Shown: positions 27,961 to 41,839 of the stretch, piece after piece
Numbering within the stretch: the stretch's first letter is position 1
Layout of the letters: every line of letters starts with the position of its first letter
Origin: Eledone cirrhosa
Taxonomy: Eukaryota
Direction of reading: 5' to 3'
Assembly: GCA_964016885.1 (NCBI GenBank)
Contig: OZ024741.1
Coordinates: 172,732,001 to 172,796,000 of the forward strand
Length of the DNA: 64,000 bases
Made by a program: the position numbers and the translations under genes
The notes under the pieces: model-generated
Database searches by the model: none
What the model saw: only the letters and a program-made list of their open reading frames with translations
What the model was told of the DNA's origin: nothing

Positions 27961-28667
27961 ATACACAGAGACGCACGCTGACACACACACACATACATAC
28001 ACACACGTACACATTCATAAATACATACATATATACATACATACATGATGGCTCCCACCTCGTTATCGAGTATGGCCATTGCACGATATAACATTTTTAA
28101 TAATTATTAATTCTATCGTGCAATGCCTGTGCGTTAAAATATTTTTTTTAACTGTGCACTGAGCCAATCCCACTCTCTGAGCGACAGTAGCTAAACCCGA
28201 AAAGAAGAAAAGATCAACATCATCGGTAACTACTGAGCCGCAGGTTTTATATCGGAGTTATCCCAGTTTCCTGACAAAGGCTAGGGGTCCTTCACTCCCA
28301 GTGGTTTAACCGCGCGGTACATGTGTATATACATATTTACACACATTTGGATGGCCGTTGACTCTTATGAGTTCTTCCGCCCTTTGTCAGGTTTTGTTTT
28401 TTGTCTTGCAGGGTGTCCAAAATCACCCTCTTCACCAAGTAAACTTGGTGGGGTTGCCGGTTTAGTCACCGACGACCCGACGATGCGATAGGTTGTACTG
28501 GGTTACATGTTACAAGTAGCACTCAAGAGTGACCCAACATACATACATACATACATACATACATACATACATACATACATACATACATACATACATACAT
28601 ACATACACTCATACATACATACGTACATACATACATACATACATACATACATACATACATACATACA

Positions 28668-28695
<28 letters not shown>

Positions 28696-28699
<4 letters not shown>

Positions 28700-29666
28700 G
28701 ATAAACAAAGTAGACTATCTTGGACCAACAACCGCTATATTGGCTCACAATTTGAAGGATACGCTTCTGCAATCAAAGAACATGAAATCAACACGAAATA
28801 CCTGATTCACAAAAGAGATAGGGATGCAGACAAAACATCTAGACGTGACAAGTGCAGACTCTGCAGAATTAACATTGATGATGTCACCCATGTCATAAGC
28901 AGCTGTCCAAAGATGTCATCGCGGTACTATCTACCTATGAGGCATGATGTAGTGGCCATAACACTGTACAATGTAATCCGTAGAAAGGATAACCCCGATA
29001 ATAAACACATTAAAAGTTACAGCAATGTGGAAGACATACATATACATAATGTGAAAGAGTACTGGTGGAATTTTCCAGTAAAAAACCCAATAAAATGCAA
29101 GTATAACAGGCCAGATATAATGATATGAGACAGGGAAAAGAAGGCATGCACAATAGTGAAAGTTATCTGCCCAGCAGATGCTAATATAATATCAAGGATT
29201 AGTGAAAAGGAGAATATCTATGCAGATACTTCACCCTGACTATACCTTCAGATTTATGTCTGTGATTATTGGGGCACTGGGATATGTTAGTAACTGCCTC
29301 AATACAAATTTTGAGAAGCTGGGCTTCACAGAAAGAGAAAGATCACAACTAGTTAGGAAATTACAAGTACGGTCCAGTAAAAATATGTAAAACATATAGA
29401 ACAGTAAAAGTATGTAAAACATTCCAAAAATCCTGCATCTAATAACTGCATATACACTTGTACAGATACAAAGCATATACGCATGCACACATATAACTCA
29501 AAACATCCACATCCACACATACAATAACATCCATACCTGCACACACATGCATGCAGACATACATATCTACCTAGTTGATGTTGTGTAAATTCCAATGAGA
29601 GAGTCTTGTATGTATGTTAGAAACCGACTCTCTATTGGCAAAAATTTGTGAAATTATAAACCAGAG
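28696..29666 (+). mobile_element. 5'-truncated R4/Dong-like RLE LINE, family B, in (CATA)n
   Basis: CRLCRINIDDVTHVISSCP, MRHD, RPDIMI; same 3' UTR as other copies; CATA repeats on both sides. Confidence 0.9.
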
Positions 29667-29680
29667 CATACATACATACA

Positions 29681-29718
<38 letters not shown>

Positions 29719-29725
29719 TGTGTAT

Positions 29726-29756
<31 letters not shown>

Positions 29757-29789
29757 CCTGTGTGTGTGTTTATGATATATATAGTACAG

Positions 29790-30335
29790 GATAATATCTA
29801 ACGTTGGGGAGGCACTAATTTCTAGGGAGACATGCCTCATAGATCGGGCATTCAATGCAGCATCTTTAATATAGGAGGCTGAGAGCTTTGCTTCAGGGGA
29901 AAAGGCCTATCCTTCAAATCTTTCATCCACGTCCACTAGACAACTTCCTTTGCCATTTTCACTTGACAGAGGAAACACTTCTTTGTCAAAGGAAAGTTAT
30001 CGAGATTTTGAGATCATCCATATTCCCAGACATGAAAATCTTCCAGAAGAAACTATTCAGTTTTCAACGACGCCCAGGATGGTTTCCATGTTATCGTCAC
30101 TCATATACCACACTAATGCTCTATTAGAGTCGAATGATTGGTATTCCACCGACCACATTGTCAAGCTAGTTGTGTATAAGGAACAGCTGGCAACAGGGCT
30201 GATACCTAACGCTCAACTCTTGTCTGTGTATGGCCCAGGATTACACCTGGTCAAACAGGCAAGTCGCAGAAAGACATGTCTCGCGAACAGTGATCACACA
30301 TGCTCACTATTGTCATTATCCAGCAAATGTTAATG
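29790..30335 (+). mobile_element. Highly degenerate RTE-like LINE C-terminal fragment
   Basis: LCQRKVIEIL..FPDMKIFQ, KLVVYKEQLATG and a terminal Cys/His segment loosely match RTE/BovB C-terminal motifs. Confidence 0.35.
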
Positions 30336-30637
30336 ACAAGTATTTTTTCAATACGCTGACGCGTATGTATATATGTGTGTGTATGTGCATATGCATACAT
30401 TTATATGTATGAGTATAGAAATATATAAACGCGCAAACACAGACACATTACAAAAATATACACTCTCAGACATACATTCACACAAATACACATACATTCA
30501 CACAAACACACATACATTCACACAACACAGACACGTATACATTTACACAAACACACACATACACATACACAGCATAGCAAATCGAACTCCAGCTACTGTT
30601 TTGCGATAGTTTTTTCATCATCCCTTTCCTTCCTTTT

Positions 30638-30749
<112 letters not shown>

Positions 30750-30849
30750 ACATTGTGTGATAGACGGACGGATATCGGTCAAATTTATATATAGATGTGT
30801 AAGCCTAAGTGGAATGGATGTTGACCGCAGATAGTTCTCTTAATAAATA

Positions 30850-31170
30850 AAGCGAAATAGCAGAGCCCCCACCCCCAACCAGGCCTAGTCTTTACTAAGA
30901 CAAGGCACGATGGTCAGATAGTGCCATTAGCGACATCCACGCATCTATTCAGGCACAACTTCATCTCGGAATATTTCAGAGTAAGAAAAGCCATCATATT
31001 TTCGACCTTTTCTCAAGTTTTATTCACTTGGTGATATAATCTAAGGACTTTAAACGAACCCTCGGTGCAGAGACAGAAGCTGCCGTCCTGTATGGAATCC
31101 CCTCTCCACATATCAAGTTGGAAGCTCACCAACTTGTTCCGTTTAATGTGTGCTTTAGCTCCTAGTACTA
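30850..31170 (-). mobile_element. Degenerate Tx1 ORF2 fragment
   Basis: KRNKLVSFQLDMWRG...TEGSFKVL aligns with KLNRDKSVGFQLGTWRG...TEGPVKLF of ORF 11312-11860. Confidence 0.65.
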
Positions 31171-31829
31171 TTCTTCTAGTAACAAATAGAATAGTCATCA
31201 ATTTTATAAAAATAACCCATCAATTCTACAGACTAAAATAATAAAATAATACAATACCAAGGTTATACAAAAAAAAACCTCTCAGCGGCTTTGCGAACAT
31301 ATGAGGTATTTGAAATTCACTTTACATTACTTCATCATAAATGATCATCCACTCAACACTAGCTTTTTTCTGTTTTACAGAATGTTTTATACATGTTCAG
31401 TCTCAAGTGGAAAAGTACACATAGAAGCGTGTTTCCTAATGCATATTAAACCCGGCTAGCTAGCTTTAACTTAAATATCTACGTTTTAGTGGCTTAACGA
31501 GGAAAGCAAATAGAAGTAAATTATATATGAATACAATCTTGAAAGAAGCAAAAGTGAATGTAGAAATAGAATTACATTTGCTCAGCTGTATAATTGCAAG
31601 TTTACAAAAAGGAAGTTATCTTATCTTCAGTTATGACTTCATAAAAAAGCGTAATAACTACATTTCAAAGAAAAAAGTTTACGGGAACTTATCTGTTTGG
31701 CTATCCATCCATCTATGTACATATATATATGTGTGTGTGTGTGTATTTATGCGTGTATATGTGTGTAATGTGTGTGTGTGTGTGTGCGTATTTATGTGTA
31801 TATGTGTGTGTTTGGGTGTTTATTGCCAG

Positions 31830-32478
31830 GCACCATGCTTTGCAGCGTAGAGTTATGGCCTTTAACATTCTGAGTTCAAATCCGCCGAGGTTGACTTACA
31901 GGATCCTTACAAGATCGATAAAATAAAGTACCAGTAATGCACTGGGGTAATGCTAGCCTTGTGCCAAAATAAGAAACATTATTATTGTGGATTGGCAGTA
32001 TCGGTAGAGGGTCGGACGCCATGCTTTCCAGCATAGTTACGTCCCTTTACGATCTGAGTTCAAATCCCGCCGAGGTTAACTTTGCCTTTCATCCTTACGG
32101 GGTCGATAAAATAAAGTACCAGTAATGCACTGAGTAATTGCTGGCCTTTTGCCTAAAGTAGAAACAATTATTATTATTATTATTTCATCAGTATCGGTAG
32201 TGAGTTGGACGCCATGCTTTGACGCATAGAGTTACGGCCCTTGCCATTCTGAGTTCAAATCCCGCCGAGGTTTACTTTGCCTTTCATCCTTACGGGGGTC
32301 GATAAAATAAAGTACCAGTAATGTACTGGGTAATTGCTGGCCTTGTGCCAAAAGTAGAAACAATTATTTCATTTATCTTGCTTTATGTTCATACGAGTTA
32401 TCACCAAGTCACAACCAGTGACCTCAAGAGACAACAAGGTCCGCCATGTTCAAGAAAGAACATACACACACACACATG

Positions 32479-32514
<36 letters not shown>

Positions 32515-32567
32515 AAGTACCAGTAATGCACTGGGTAATTGCTGGCCTTGTGCCTAAAGTAGAAACA

Positions 32568-32602
<35 letters not shown>

Positions 32603-32820
32603 CAGAGCGGTGGATTGGCAGTATCGGTAGAGGGTCAGACGCCATGCTTTGCAAGCAAATAGTTACGGCCCTTTACGGTCTGAGTTCAAATCCCGCCGAG
32701 GTTAATTTTGCCTTTCATCCTTATGGGGTCGATAAAATAAAGTACCAGTAATGCACTGGGAAAATTGATGGCCTTGTGCCAAAAGTAGAAACTATTATTA
32801 TTATTATTGTTATTATTGTT
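31830..32820 (+). mobile_element. Head-to-tail SINE cluster (about 31830-31985, 31987-32180, 32188-32368, 32515-32600 partial, 32605-32820)
   Basis: Repeated SINE consensus with (ATT)n tails, all on the + strand. Confidence 0.9.
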
Positions 32821-34841
32821 CTTTGAGTCTCAGTCATTAATGTTAGTTAACTGGAAAGTTTGTTGAAATGAATATCAAGCCGCTACCTGCAGCCTCAGAT
32901 ATTCAGGACGTATCGGAGGGTTCTTGCTGTTCCCAGCAAGCATGCCTTTTGAAGTGTTCCGAAAAAGGGGGCTAGACTAATGTTCTTTAACCATCCTTGG
33001 AAACTCTTTGAGATAGTACCTAGTGCTCCTATGACAATCGGGACGACCTTGATCTCATGGCAGTTCCAAATCCTTTTTAACTCCCACTTTAAATCCTGGT
33101 ATCGGTTAATTGTCTGCCTCTCCTTTTCTTGCACTCTCGTGTCAAATGGGCAGGCTACATCTACAATCAGGCACGATCTTTTTTCCTTGTCCAAAACCAC
33201 CAGATCAGGCCTATTGTGTTCCAGTTTCTTGTCCGTCTGTATCCTAAAATACCATAGCACCTTCATCTGATCGTTTTCTATCACCGACTCTGGCTTATTC
33301 TCATCCCACTTCTCCGAATGTGGTAAATTGTTTACTTTGCATAGATGCCAGTGGATCACCCTGCCCATCACATCATGTCTCCAGCCTTTATAATGAGTCT
33401 GAGCTAGGTGTTTACACTCGGATACAATGTGTGCCACAGTCTCCTCTCTCTCTCCACAGATTCTACATTTGTCAATATAGTGTTTCACCCACTTCGTTCT
33501 GAAGGCTTACTCTTGCGCAGCCATTAGTATTCCTTCTGTAGCCTTTTTAAGGTCGCCTCTTTTTAACCAGTTCCATGTCTGTGGATCTCTAAATTCCGTT
33601 TTCTTAAAGAAGGTACTATGAAGGGATTTTTCATGAAGGCTGCTCTTCCTCCTTCTTGTTATTTCCTCCTTGGACATACCCTGGTCTATTGTCTTCTCCT
33701 TCAGTACACTTTTGAGCATTTGCCCCTTACTGTCAGTCACGTATTTGTGCAGGTTGTTTTTCTCCATCTTAACACAGTCCTCTATGCTAAGACCTCTTCC
33801 ACCTTCAGATCTCTTTAAGTAGAGTCTATCGACATCACTCCTCTTGTGGAAAATGTAGATAGACAATAGCTTCCTAGTCTTCCTATCCATTTCTTTTTGT
33901 TCAGCAACATTCCATTTCAGAATTCCCGCACTGTACTTAATAATAGATACAGTTCGGGAATTTACTGCACTTATGACATTCCTACTATTTAGATGTGATT
34001 TTACTACGCTCCTTACTCGCTTTATGTACTCAGATCTTATCAATTCGTTCATTTTTTTGTTCTTGATGTCATCTGCCTCCAGAACACCTAAATATTTGTA
34101 TCCCTCTTCAGTGTCAATTTCCTTTATCATCTCACCTGTTGGTACCTGGATTCCGTTGCTTCTGCTCAATTTACCCCTCTTCATCACTAGCACTCCACAC
34201 TTATTAATACCAAATTCCATACATATATCATTGCTGAAAATACGGACAGTGTAAACAAGTACATCCAACTCCTTCTCACTCTTCCCAAAGAGAGGAGGTG
34301 GTTGATGGTAAGCTCTCCTTTTCCCAACTTGTATCCTGCTCTCACTTTTCGCAATATAACGGTCAAGGGTATCAGGGCAAGGACAAACAGCAGAGGAGAC
34401 AAACTATCTCCCTGGAAGATACCTCTCTTGATCTTATGGCCTCCCAAGGATTCTCCAACCGATGTTAACTCTGTTTCCCAGGACTTCATACATTTGATCA
34501 ACAACTGTCTGATGTTATCTGCCACCTTGAAGATCTCTAGCCTTTTGGTTATCCAAGAATGAGGTACCATGTCGAATGCCTTTTTGTAATCTATCCAACC
34601 CACGGCAAGACCAGTGTGTCTCCTCTTGCAATTCCTCATTACCATCTTATCAATAAGTAACTGATCTTTTGTACCACGGGACTTCTTTCGGCATCCTTTC
34701 TGTTCGTCCGATAACAAGTTGTTTGTGTGGAGGTGATTGAAGATTTCCTCAGACACAATGCTTGTTAACAGTTTCCACATTACGGACAGATATGTGATAG
34801 GCCTATAGTTGGTAACATCATTACCCTTGATTCGGTCTTTC
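32821..34841 (-). mobile_element. 5'-truncated R4/Dong-clade LINE, family A, second copy
   Basis: Closely similar to 4796-6860: [48 protein letters not shown]. The 3' end abuts the SINE (ATT)n tail. Confidence 0.93.
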
Positions 34842-34862
34842 GTATCATTATTCTTATTATTA

Positions 34863-35354
34863 TAGCCCTTGATCAGCGTGGCAAGGGGGGGGGGGGGGGT
34901 CATCCTAAGCCAACGATCCCAAAGCATCGTCATGCGTAGAGCCGATAAGGTCCACCAGCGCCTTCCATCGCTGGAGATCCCGTGCCAGATCCTATGCATC
35001 CTCCAAAGTGATGGTGAGCCTCCAGAGATCTTCGCCTGCCGCGAGGGCTCTTCCAGCCTGCAGTCGGTGCGTCGAATGTGAGTATGGTGAGTGACCGTTT
35101 GCTGTCCGCCCGTTTTCTCCACCAGCACAGGAAGATCACCATCATATTTGCCTAAGCCCCTACGGACGTCGCAGATGACACTGTCAAGGACGACTTTCAC
35201 AACCAACTTCAACAGGTCTTAGGACAAATCTCACCCTATAACATCACGATCATCCTGACGGATGCTAACGCTACTATCACTTCTTCCCCCAAGCACTTCC
35301 CAACCAACTTATTACAGACTCAGCTCATTGGCACAACCTTCGCCGACCCATCCA

Positions 35355-35357
<3 letters not shown>
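34863..35357. mobile_element. Rearranged RTE-clade LINE remnant: C-terminus on - (34863 to about 35088) joined to an APE fragment on + (about 35084-35357)
   Basis: Minus: ILTFDAPTAGWKSPRGR...GRRW. Plus: MVSDRLLSARF..KITIIFA*APTDVADDTVKDDF..QL..IILTDANA. Confidence 0.7.
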
Positions 35358-35390
<33 letters not shown>

Positions 35391-35572
35391 AAAATGCAAA
35401 CTTGACTGTCACCACAGAATATGATCCTGAAGATTGCGAAAGCATGTAAGTACTTGTTCAATTAACACTTAACATTTAATATTCTACCATACTATTTCAT
35501 TCTAATACCTTTATAAATTTAAAAGGATTGTAAATAAAACGAGTAAATCAGACAAAGTTGGAATTCCTTTTA

Positions 35573-35626
<54 letters not shown>

Positions 35627-35629
35627 TAA

Positions 35630-36310
35630 AGTTAGTCCTTCATCAGTGATCTTCCAACCATCATTGGTATTTCATCGCTTTAAAGACCATATACCTCCGG
35701 TTGGTGCGAGCAACGGCTAAAAAAAGTCGTTGGGGGACACGTACATAAAGGGGACACGAGTGCAAACAAATAAAAATGGCGAAGCAACGAAAAGTCCCAA
35801 ATTTCTATGAATTTAACTTCGGTGAAATCGTGAACGAGAGAGAATAAAGACCATCAAACCTGGTTGAAATGTGAACAAGGAAAGAATTTCGCACAGGTCT
35901 AACGGAAGGAAGAAGGGGTCTAGTCTGTGAATTCGGTAAACATAAGTTCTGTGAAATCGTAGACGAGAGAGAGAAAAAATGCCGACCGGCCTGGCCAAGC
36001 GTGCGAAAGAAAAGAATTACGCACAGGTCAAACGTGAAGAAGGAGGAGGAGAGGTAGTAACAGAGAATGAGTGAGTGAAGGGTAGTATTGAAGTTTGCTT
36101 GAAGCATTGTGGAATAATAAGGTAAATTTCTTTAAGTCGTTCGGAAGCCTCGACAATGCAGATGGGTAAATCTCCGGGTAACAAGATCCGGTGGTGGAGA
36201 GAGAGATGTAAGTGGGTGTACGTTGAGATGTGGGTGTATAAGACGTGTAGAGGAATGAAGGAAAGAGCGTAAAGGATAAAAATAAAAATAACAACACGAG
36301 AGAAAGTTAC
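35630..36310 (-). mobile_element. Dispersed repeat, probably Penelope-like-element derived
   Basis: Contains the arm sequence of the 23644 hairpin and homology to 24415-24870; adjoins (TA)n; truncated CTGATGAaggac box at the end. Confidence 0.45.
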
Positions 36311-36475
36311 CTTGGGAGAGATTTAATTGTCCCTGTATATTTCGGATTCACATCCATCAACTGGGGTTTTTCCGGCGGGGGGGGGGGGGGGGGTTGTCTG
36401 ACGGAAAGGTGCGAAACGTGTCCTCCGCTGTTCGTTGTTTTGAATATCTAATATCGGAAAATATATATATATATG

Positions 36476-36505
<30 letters not shown>

Positions 36506-36506
<1 letters not shown>

Positions 36507-36852
36507 GGATTTAATGCTCTGAAATAGCGATATATATGTGAAGACAAACATAGAATATTCGAAAATATTCTGTATGTTTATAATAAACATTTTGAAGACC
36601 TAATCGCTATAGGATAGAATACGTCACGTATTACAATTTGAGATTCTCGATAAAAGCAAGGGAAGTAACCTACGCGTTTCATTCTTATTAGAAATCTTCA
36701 GGATTACATATCCAATGCTTTTATCGAGAATGACACAGCTAGAGACTTATAGAATACTTAGCTGTGTACAGGAACTGGTTTGAAAGAGCGGTTGCCGGTC
36801 CGGCAGAAATTAGAATTTTACAGAATATTTTCGAATATTCTATGTTTGTCTT
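36506..36852 (-). mobile_element. Solo diverged monomer of the 310-bp hammerhead repeat plus a 34-bp inverted terminal piece, in (TA)n
   Basis: 36506-36817 aligns over its full length with the 61.5-64 kb unit; 36819-36852 is the reverse complement of about 36541-36574. Confidence 0.93.
36665..36707 (-). ncRNA. Type I hammerhead ribozyme (diverged copy)
   Basis: gtaatc-CTGAAGA-tttct-aata-agaat-GAAAC-gc-GTA-ggttac; stem I extended by attctcgataaaagca / tgcttttatcgagaat. Confidence 0.85.
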
Positions 36853-36961
36853 TATATATATATATATTCTAGTTGAAACAGAAAACAAAAAATGAACAAC
36901 GAGGAAGCGAAGAGGCAGTACAAAATGTAAATATTAGTTTCACGCTTAAGAGTGGGGGTAT

Positions 36962-36996
36962 GGGATGACGTTTCGGGCATATGCTCTTCACCGCGA
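36962..36996 (-). ncRNA. Degenerate hammerhead-like motif
   Basis: ..GGTGAagagcatatgcccGAAACGTC: stem II hairpin and GAAAC-GTC are present, but the CUGA box and stem I are corrupted. Confidence 0.3.
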
Positions 36997-37068
36997 GAAA
37001 AGTGACCAGGAAAAGCATTCCGAGAGTGTGAATGGGAGTGGTGGCAAGACATTATATATACTGTACAT

Positions 37069-37270
<202 letters not shown>

Positions 37271-37452
37271 AAATAAGTCCAGATTTATTTTCTCCTCCAT
37301 GTTACATATTTTGGTGAGGTCGACATCTAGATAGTTTTCTTCGTACTCATTCCACCATTTATACATGTCGTTGAACACTTCATTTTGTCTGCATCACAGC
37401 CGACCGACTAAAATATACATTGCGCATGCCTGGCCAGTTAGCTCCATATTAA

Positions 37453-37577
<125 letters not shown>

Positions 37578-37750
37578 GTATGTTTATAAATTTATTTACC
37601 CGTGTAGGTAATGAAAAAACATGTAGAGATATGTGCTTACCTACAGCAGTATCAATAACAACAACGCACACACATGTATATATATATATATATATACACA
37701 TATATATATATATATATATATACATATATATATACATATATACATATGGA

Positions 37751-37802
<52 letters not shown>

Positions 37803-37825
37803 TACATATACATATGTATGGCTAG

Positions 37826-37941
37826 TCAGGTGGATGGGTTTCTAGATAAGTAGATGGATAAAAATAACCAGATATATGTCTATATACATGTATATGTATG
37901 TATGTATATATATATATATATATATATGCATATATATACAT

Positions 37942-38010
<69 letters not shown>

Positions 38011-38015
38011 TACAT

Positions 38016-38109
<94 letters not shown>

Positions 38110-38150
38110 TTATTTAACCATCTACTTATCTAGAAATCCATCCATCTGTC
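37826..38150. repeat. Inverted repeat (about 45-50 bp arms) flanking a TA/CA microsatellite
   Basis: ggatgggtttctagataagtagatgg / ccatctacttatctagaaatccatcc. Confidence 0.75.
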
Positions 38151-38289
38151 TCGCCATCAACCGATGATTAGATTATGTAAAGAAAATAACGAATTACTAT
38201 ACGCTGTGTGTTTCTCCTATTTCCTGTGTTAAAATATCAGTTATATTATGTAGTATATGTAAACATGTGTGGCGTCATATGCGTCACTC

Positions 38290-38351
<62 letters not shown>

Positions 38352-38389
38352 TACACACATACACCTATATATATGTGTATATAAATATA

Positions 38390-38427
<38 letters not shown>

Positions 38428-38479
38428 AATATATATATACATATATATACATATATATACATATACATATGTATATAGA

Positions 38480-38514
<35 letters not shown>

Positions 38515-38567
38515 TATATATATATATATTATATGCATATATATATACACATATATATACATATACA

Positions 38568-38607
<40 letters not shown>

Positions 38608-38733
38608 TATTTATATATATATATATATACATATATACATACACATATATATATATATACATTCATATATGTATATATATATATATATATACATATATAT
38701 ACATATATATATATATATACATATGTATATAGA

Positions 38734-38793
<60 letters not shown>

Positions 38794-38844
38794 GTATATA
38801 TATATATATTTATATGCATATATATACACATATATATACATACA

Positions 38845-38904
<60 letters not shown>

Positions 38905-38938
38905 CATATATATATACATACATATATGTATGCATACA

Positions 38939-39036
<98 letters not shown>

Positions 39037-39344
39037 ATATATAGTGAGAGAGGGATAGAGAGAGAGAGAGATGCACACAAACACACACGTGTATCTTATT
39101 AACCTGTGCAATCTTAGAATTTTCAGTTCATGTTTCACAATTTTATTCTTTGTTTTTTCCTTCTGTTTTGGTTTTTTTCCAGATCTTTTCTCATTTTTTC
39201 CCTTATTTATTTGGTAAGATATCCCTCTGTATCCCAATCTTCCATTTCCTGCTCCTCTTACTATTCCTCCTATTACTACTCTTCTTGCTTCTTCTCCTTT
39301 CCTGTTCCCTTCGTCTTATTTTCATCTAATAATATAAATCATTA

Positions 39345-39621
39345 TTATGGTGAATTGGCAGTATCGGTAGAGGGTCGGACGCCATGCTTTGACGCATAGA
39401 GTTACGGCCCTTGCCATTCTGAGTTCAAATCCCACCGAGGTTAACTTTGCCTTTCATCCTTACGGGGATCGATAAAATAAAGTACCAGTAATGTACTGGG
39501 TAATTTGCTGGCCTTGTGCCAAAAGTAGAAACAACTATTGTTATTGTTGTTATTGTTATTGTTATAATATCATCATTGTTATTTTTATTAATATTACTAT
39601 TACTACCAGTAGTAGTAGTAC

Positions 39622-39652
<31 letters not shown>

Positions 39653-39835
39653 GGTAGTAGTAACTGTTTCTACTTTTGGCACAAGGCCAGCAATTATCCA
39701 GTGCATTACTGGTACACTATTTTATCGTACACTATTTTATGATGAAAGGCAAAGTTTACCTTGGCGGCATTTGAACTCAGACTATAAAGGGCTGCAAAGC
39801 ATGGCGTCCGACCCTCTACCGATATTGCCAATAAA
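39345..39835. mobile_element. Pair of SINEs in tail-to-tail inverted orientation (39345-39535 +, 39663-39835 -)
   Basis: SINE consensus on both strands, separated by ATT/AGT repeats. Confidence 0.88.
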
Positions 39836-39849
39836 CAATAATATTATTA

Positions 39850-39910
<61 letters not shown>

Positions 39911-40499
39911 TTACATAATCCCGTTCTATTTTCATCACTTTTATTACATTCTTCTTAAGGTCGAGGTATTGACAGAATCGTTGGAGCATCGGAGCAAATA
40001 TATTGTTCCATTTGTTCTGGTTATTTACGTTTTAAGTTCAAATCCTAATTAGGTTAGCTTTGTCTTTCCTCTTTAACCCCTTAGCACTCAAACCGGCCGT
40101 ATCCGGCCAGAATTCTCTTACCTCTTTCTGTTCAAACCGGCTGTAACTAGCTGCTCACATTGATGTTAAGGTATTGTTCTCAAAATACATATCAAAATGT
40201 CATAGGTTCGATATTATGTGAGATAATTATGTGAGCTAAAGCCTTTTACGTGAAAATATAATAGTATAGTATAGAATAATTTGAATGCTGAAGGATTAAG
40301 GGATAAATTTTCATCATATTTTCTAAGTTTATGCCCCAAGATTGAAAGTAAAAGTACAAATGGAGAGTAACACTCTTCTGTGTCCAATAAACGAACAGCC
40401 AAGCGAGTGACAGCCAAAATAATAACAATGTAACCATCACCACTCACAGTAACACCACTACAGACATCACAAATATGGCGTCCGTCGGCAACATCAATA

Positions 40500-41815
40500 A
40501 CATAGCACAAAAAATGAGAATTGAAATATCAGAAATGCTCTAAAATAGAAAAAAAAAAAAAAAAACACAAACAACAGCATGAGCACAAACAATGACACCA
40601 CAACTAAAACTACCAACAGCAACACAACTACAACTATGACAGATAATACAGGAACAAAGAACAAAATTAACAGTAACACAGAAATAACTACAACACAAAT
40701 AGCAACAGCAACAATAACAACAATAACAATAATATCAGCAACAACAATAACAGCAACAACAGAAACAACAATAACAACAATAGCAAAATCAAAATCAATG
40801 GAAATGAAACAAGGAAGTGACTTTAAAACAAGCAGAAGCCGTCTCCAACAACACGCAGAAGCTTTTTTCTCAGACGGACGCCTCCTTTATGGGAGCGACA
40901 AAAATTTAGAAAAAAATATCATTGAATGAGGAGGGAAGGCAAAGGTATTGATAAAAAGGAGTGGCCACAGAATCAACCTAACATCGGCGCCCGACGTAAT
41001 GGAGGGCTTGCTCCGTTGTACGTTCATCTCTCATACAATTGGAGTAAAGACACGTCGAGTGAAGTGCGACATCGTGTACCAATTTCAAAAGGCCTTGACA
41101 AAAGATTTGCCCTTGGCAAAAGATTTGCGACGGTAGATGTTAACTTTGAAAACCCAGAGGAAACCCGACAATACTCCCTTACACTACTGAGGAGCGAAGA
41201 ACTAATTCTGGTGCCATCGTATTGTGGCCAAAGATTAGGAGAATCAGAGCAATCCAAGTGTTTCTCGCAATAGCTATTTCTTGGCTAGTGGCGTCTGAGC
41301 TCGCGGACTTCGAGAAAATAAAAACATTCTGGAGATCCAAAATATTAAACGCAAGATCTGGTCCGGAACGGTGAGGAAACTCCCGCTCCAACCTAACAGA
41401 CCTTGCTGATGGCTGTTGAGGACAGAAAGCCAAAGTGCCATTTATGTGGCACAAAAACATACCTCAAGGTTTCGGCTCATAATAAATCAAGAAGGAGACT
41501 AGGCCCCCATCACCTTCTTACGCCTATCCCATACTGAAAACAATTCAACCACCAGCGGCCACAATACTACAAAAGATATCAGCACCAAATGTCAGCAACA
41601 GCTGCCATATCACAAGGAAAAACACCATCAGCTGGAGTGACACCACTGGAAAACCCAGCACCACAACGCACAACAACGGTACCAACGCATGTGGAAGATA
41701 TCACACATTTTACAAGAAAAAAAACCCCATATTGTACCGTATTGTGCCGTCCTATGCTGTCTTAAATGTTTTCTCTTTGTAAACCCTTTGTGGCTAATAA
41801 AGAAATCATTATTAT
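40500..41815 (+). mobile_element. Degenerate, internally deleted Tx1-like element (ORF1 remnant and 3' terminus, no ORF2)
   Basis: Thr-rich start; TRQYSLTLLRSEELILVPSYCGQR resembles ARKYSVSPIVSKAYTFFPTYLGKR; AVEDRKPKCHLCG resembles SVEGNRPSCYHCS; ends ccctttgtggctaataaagaaa like the Tx1 3' end. Confidence 0.65.
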
Positions 41816-41839
41816 TAATAGTAGTAATGCACTGTAAAG

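Noticed and set aside
34187-35212. 341-aa ORF as a novel RT fusion protein
   Set aside because: Chance read-through from an RTE remnant across a G-run into the truncated Dong copy.
38369-38860. Duplication of about 250 bp within a compound TA microsatellite
   Set aside because: Ordinary slippage or unequal crossover in simple repeats.
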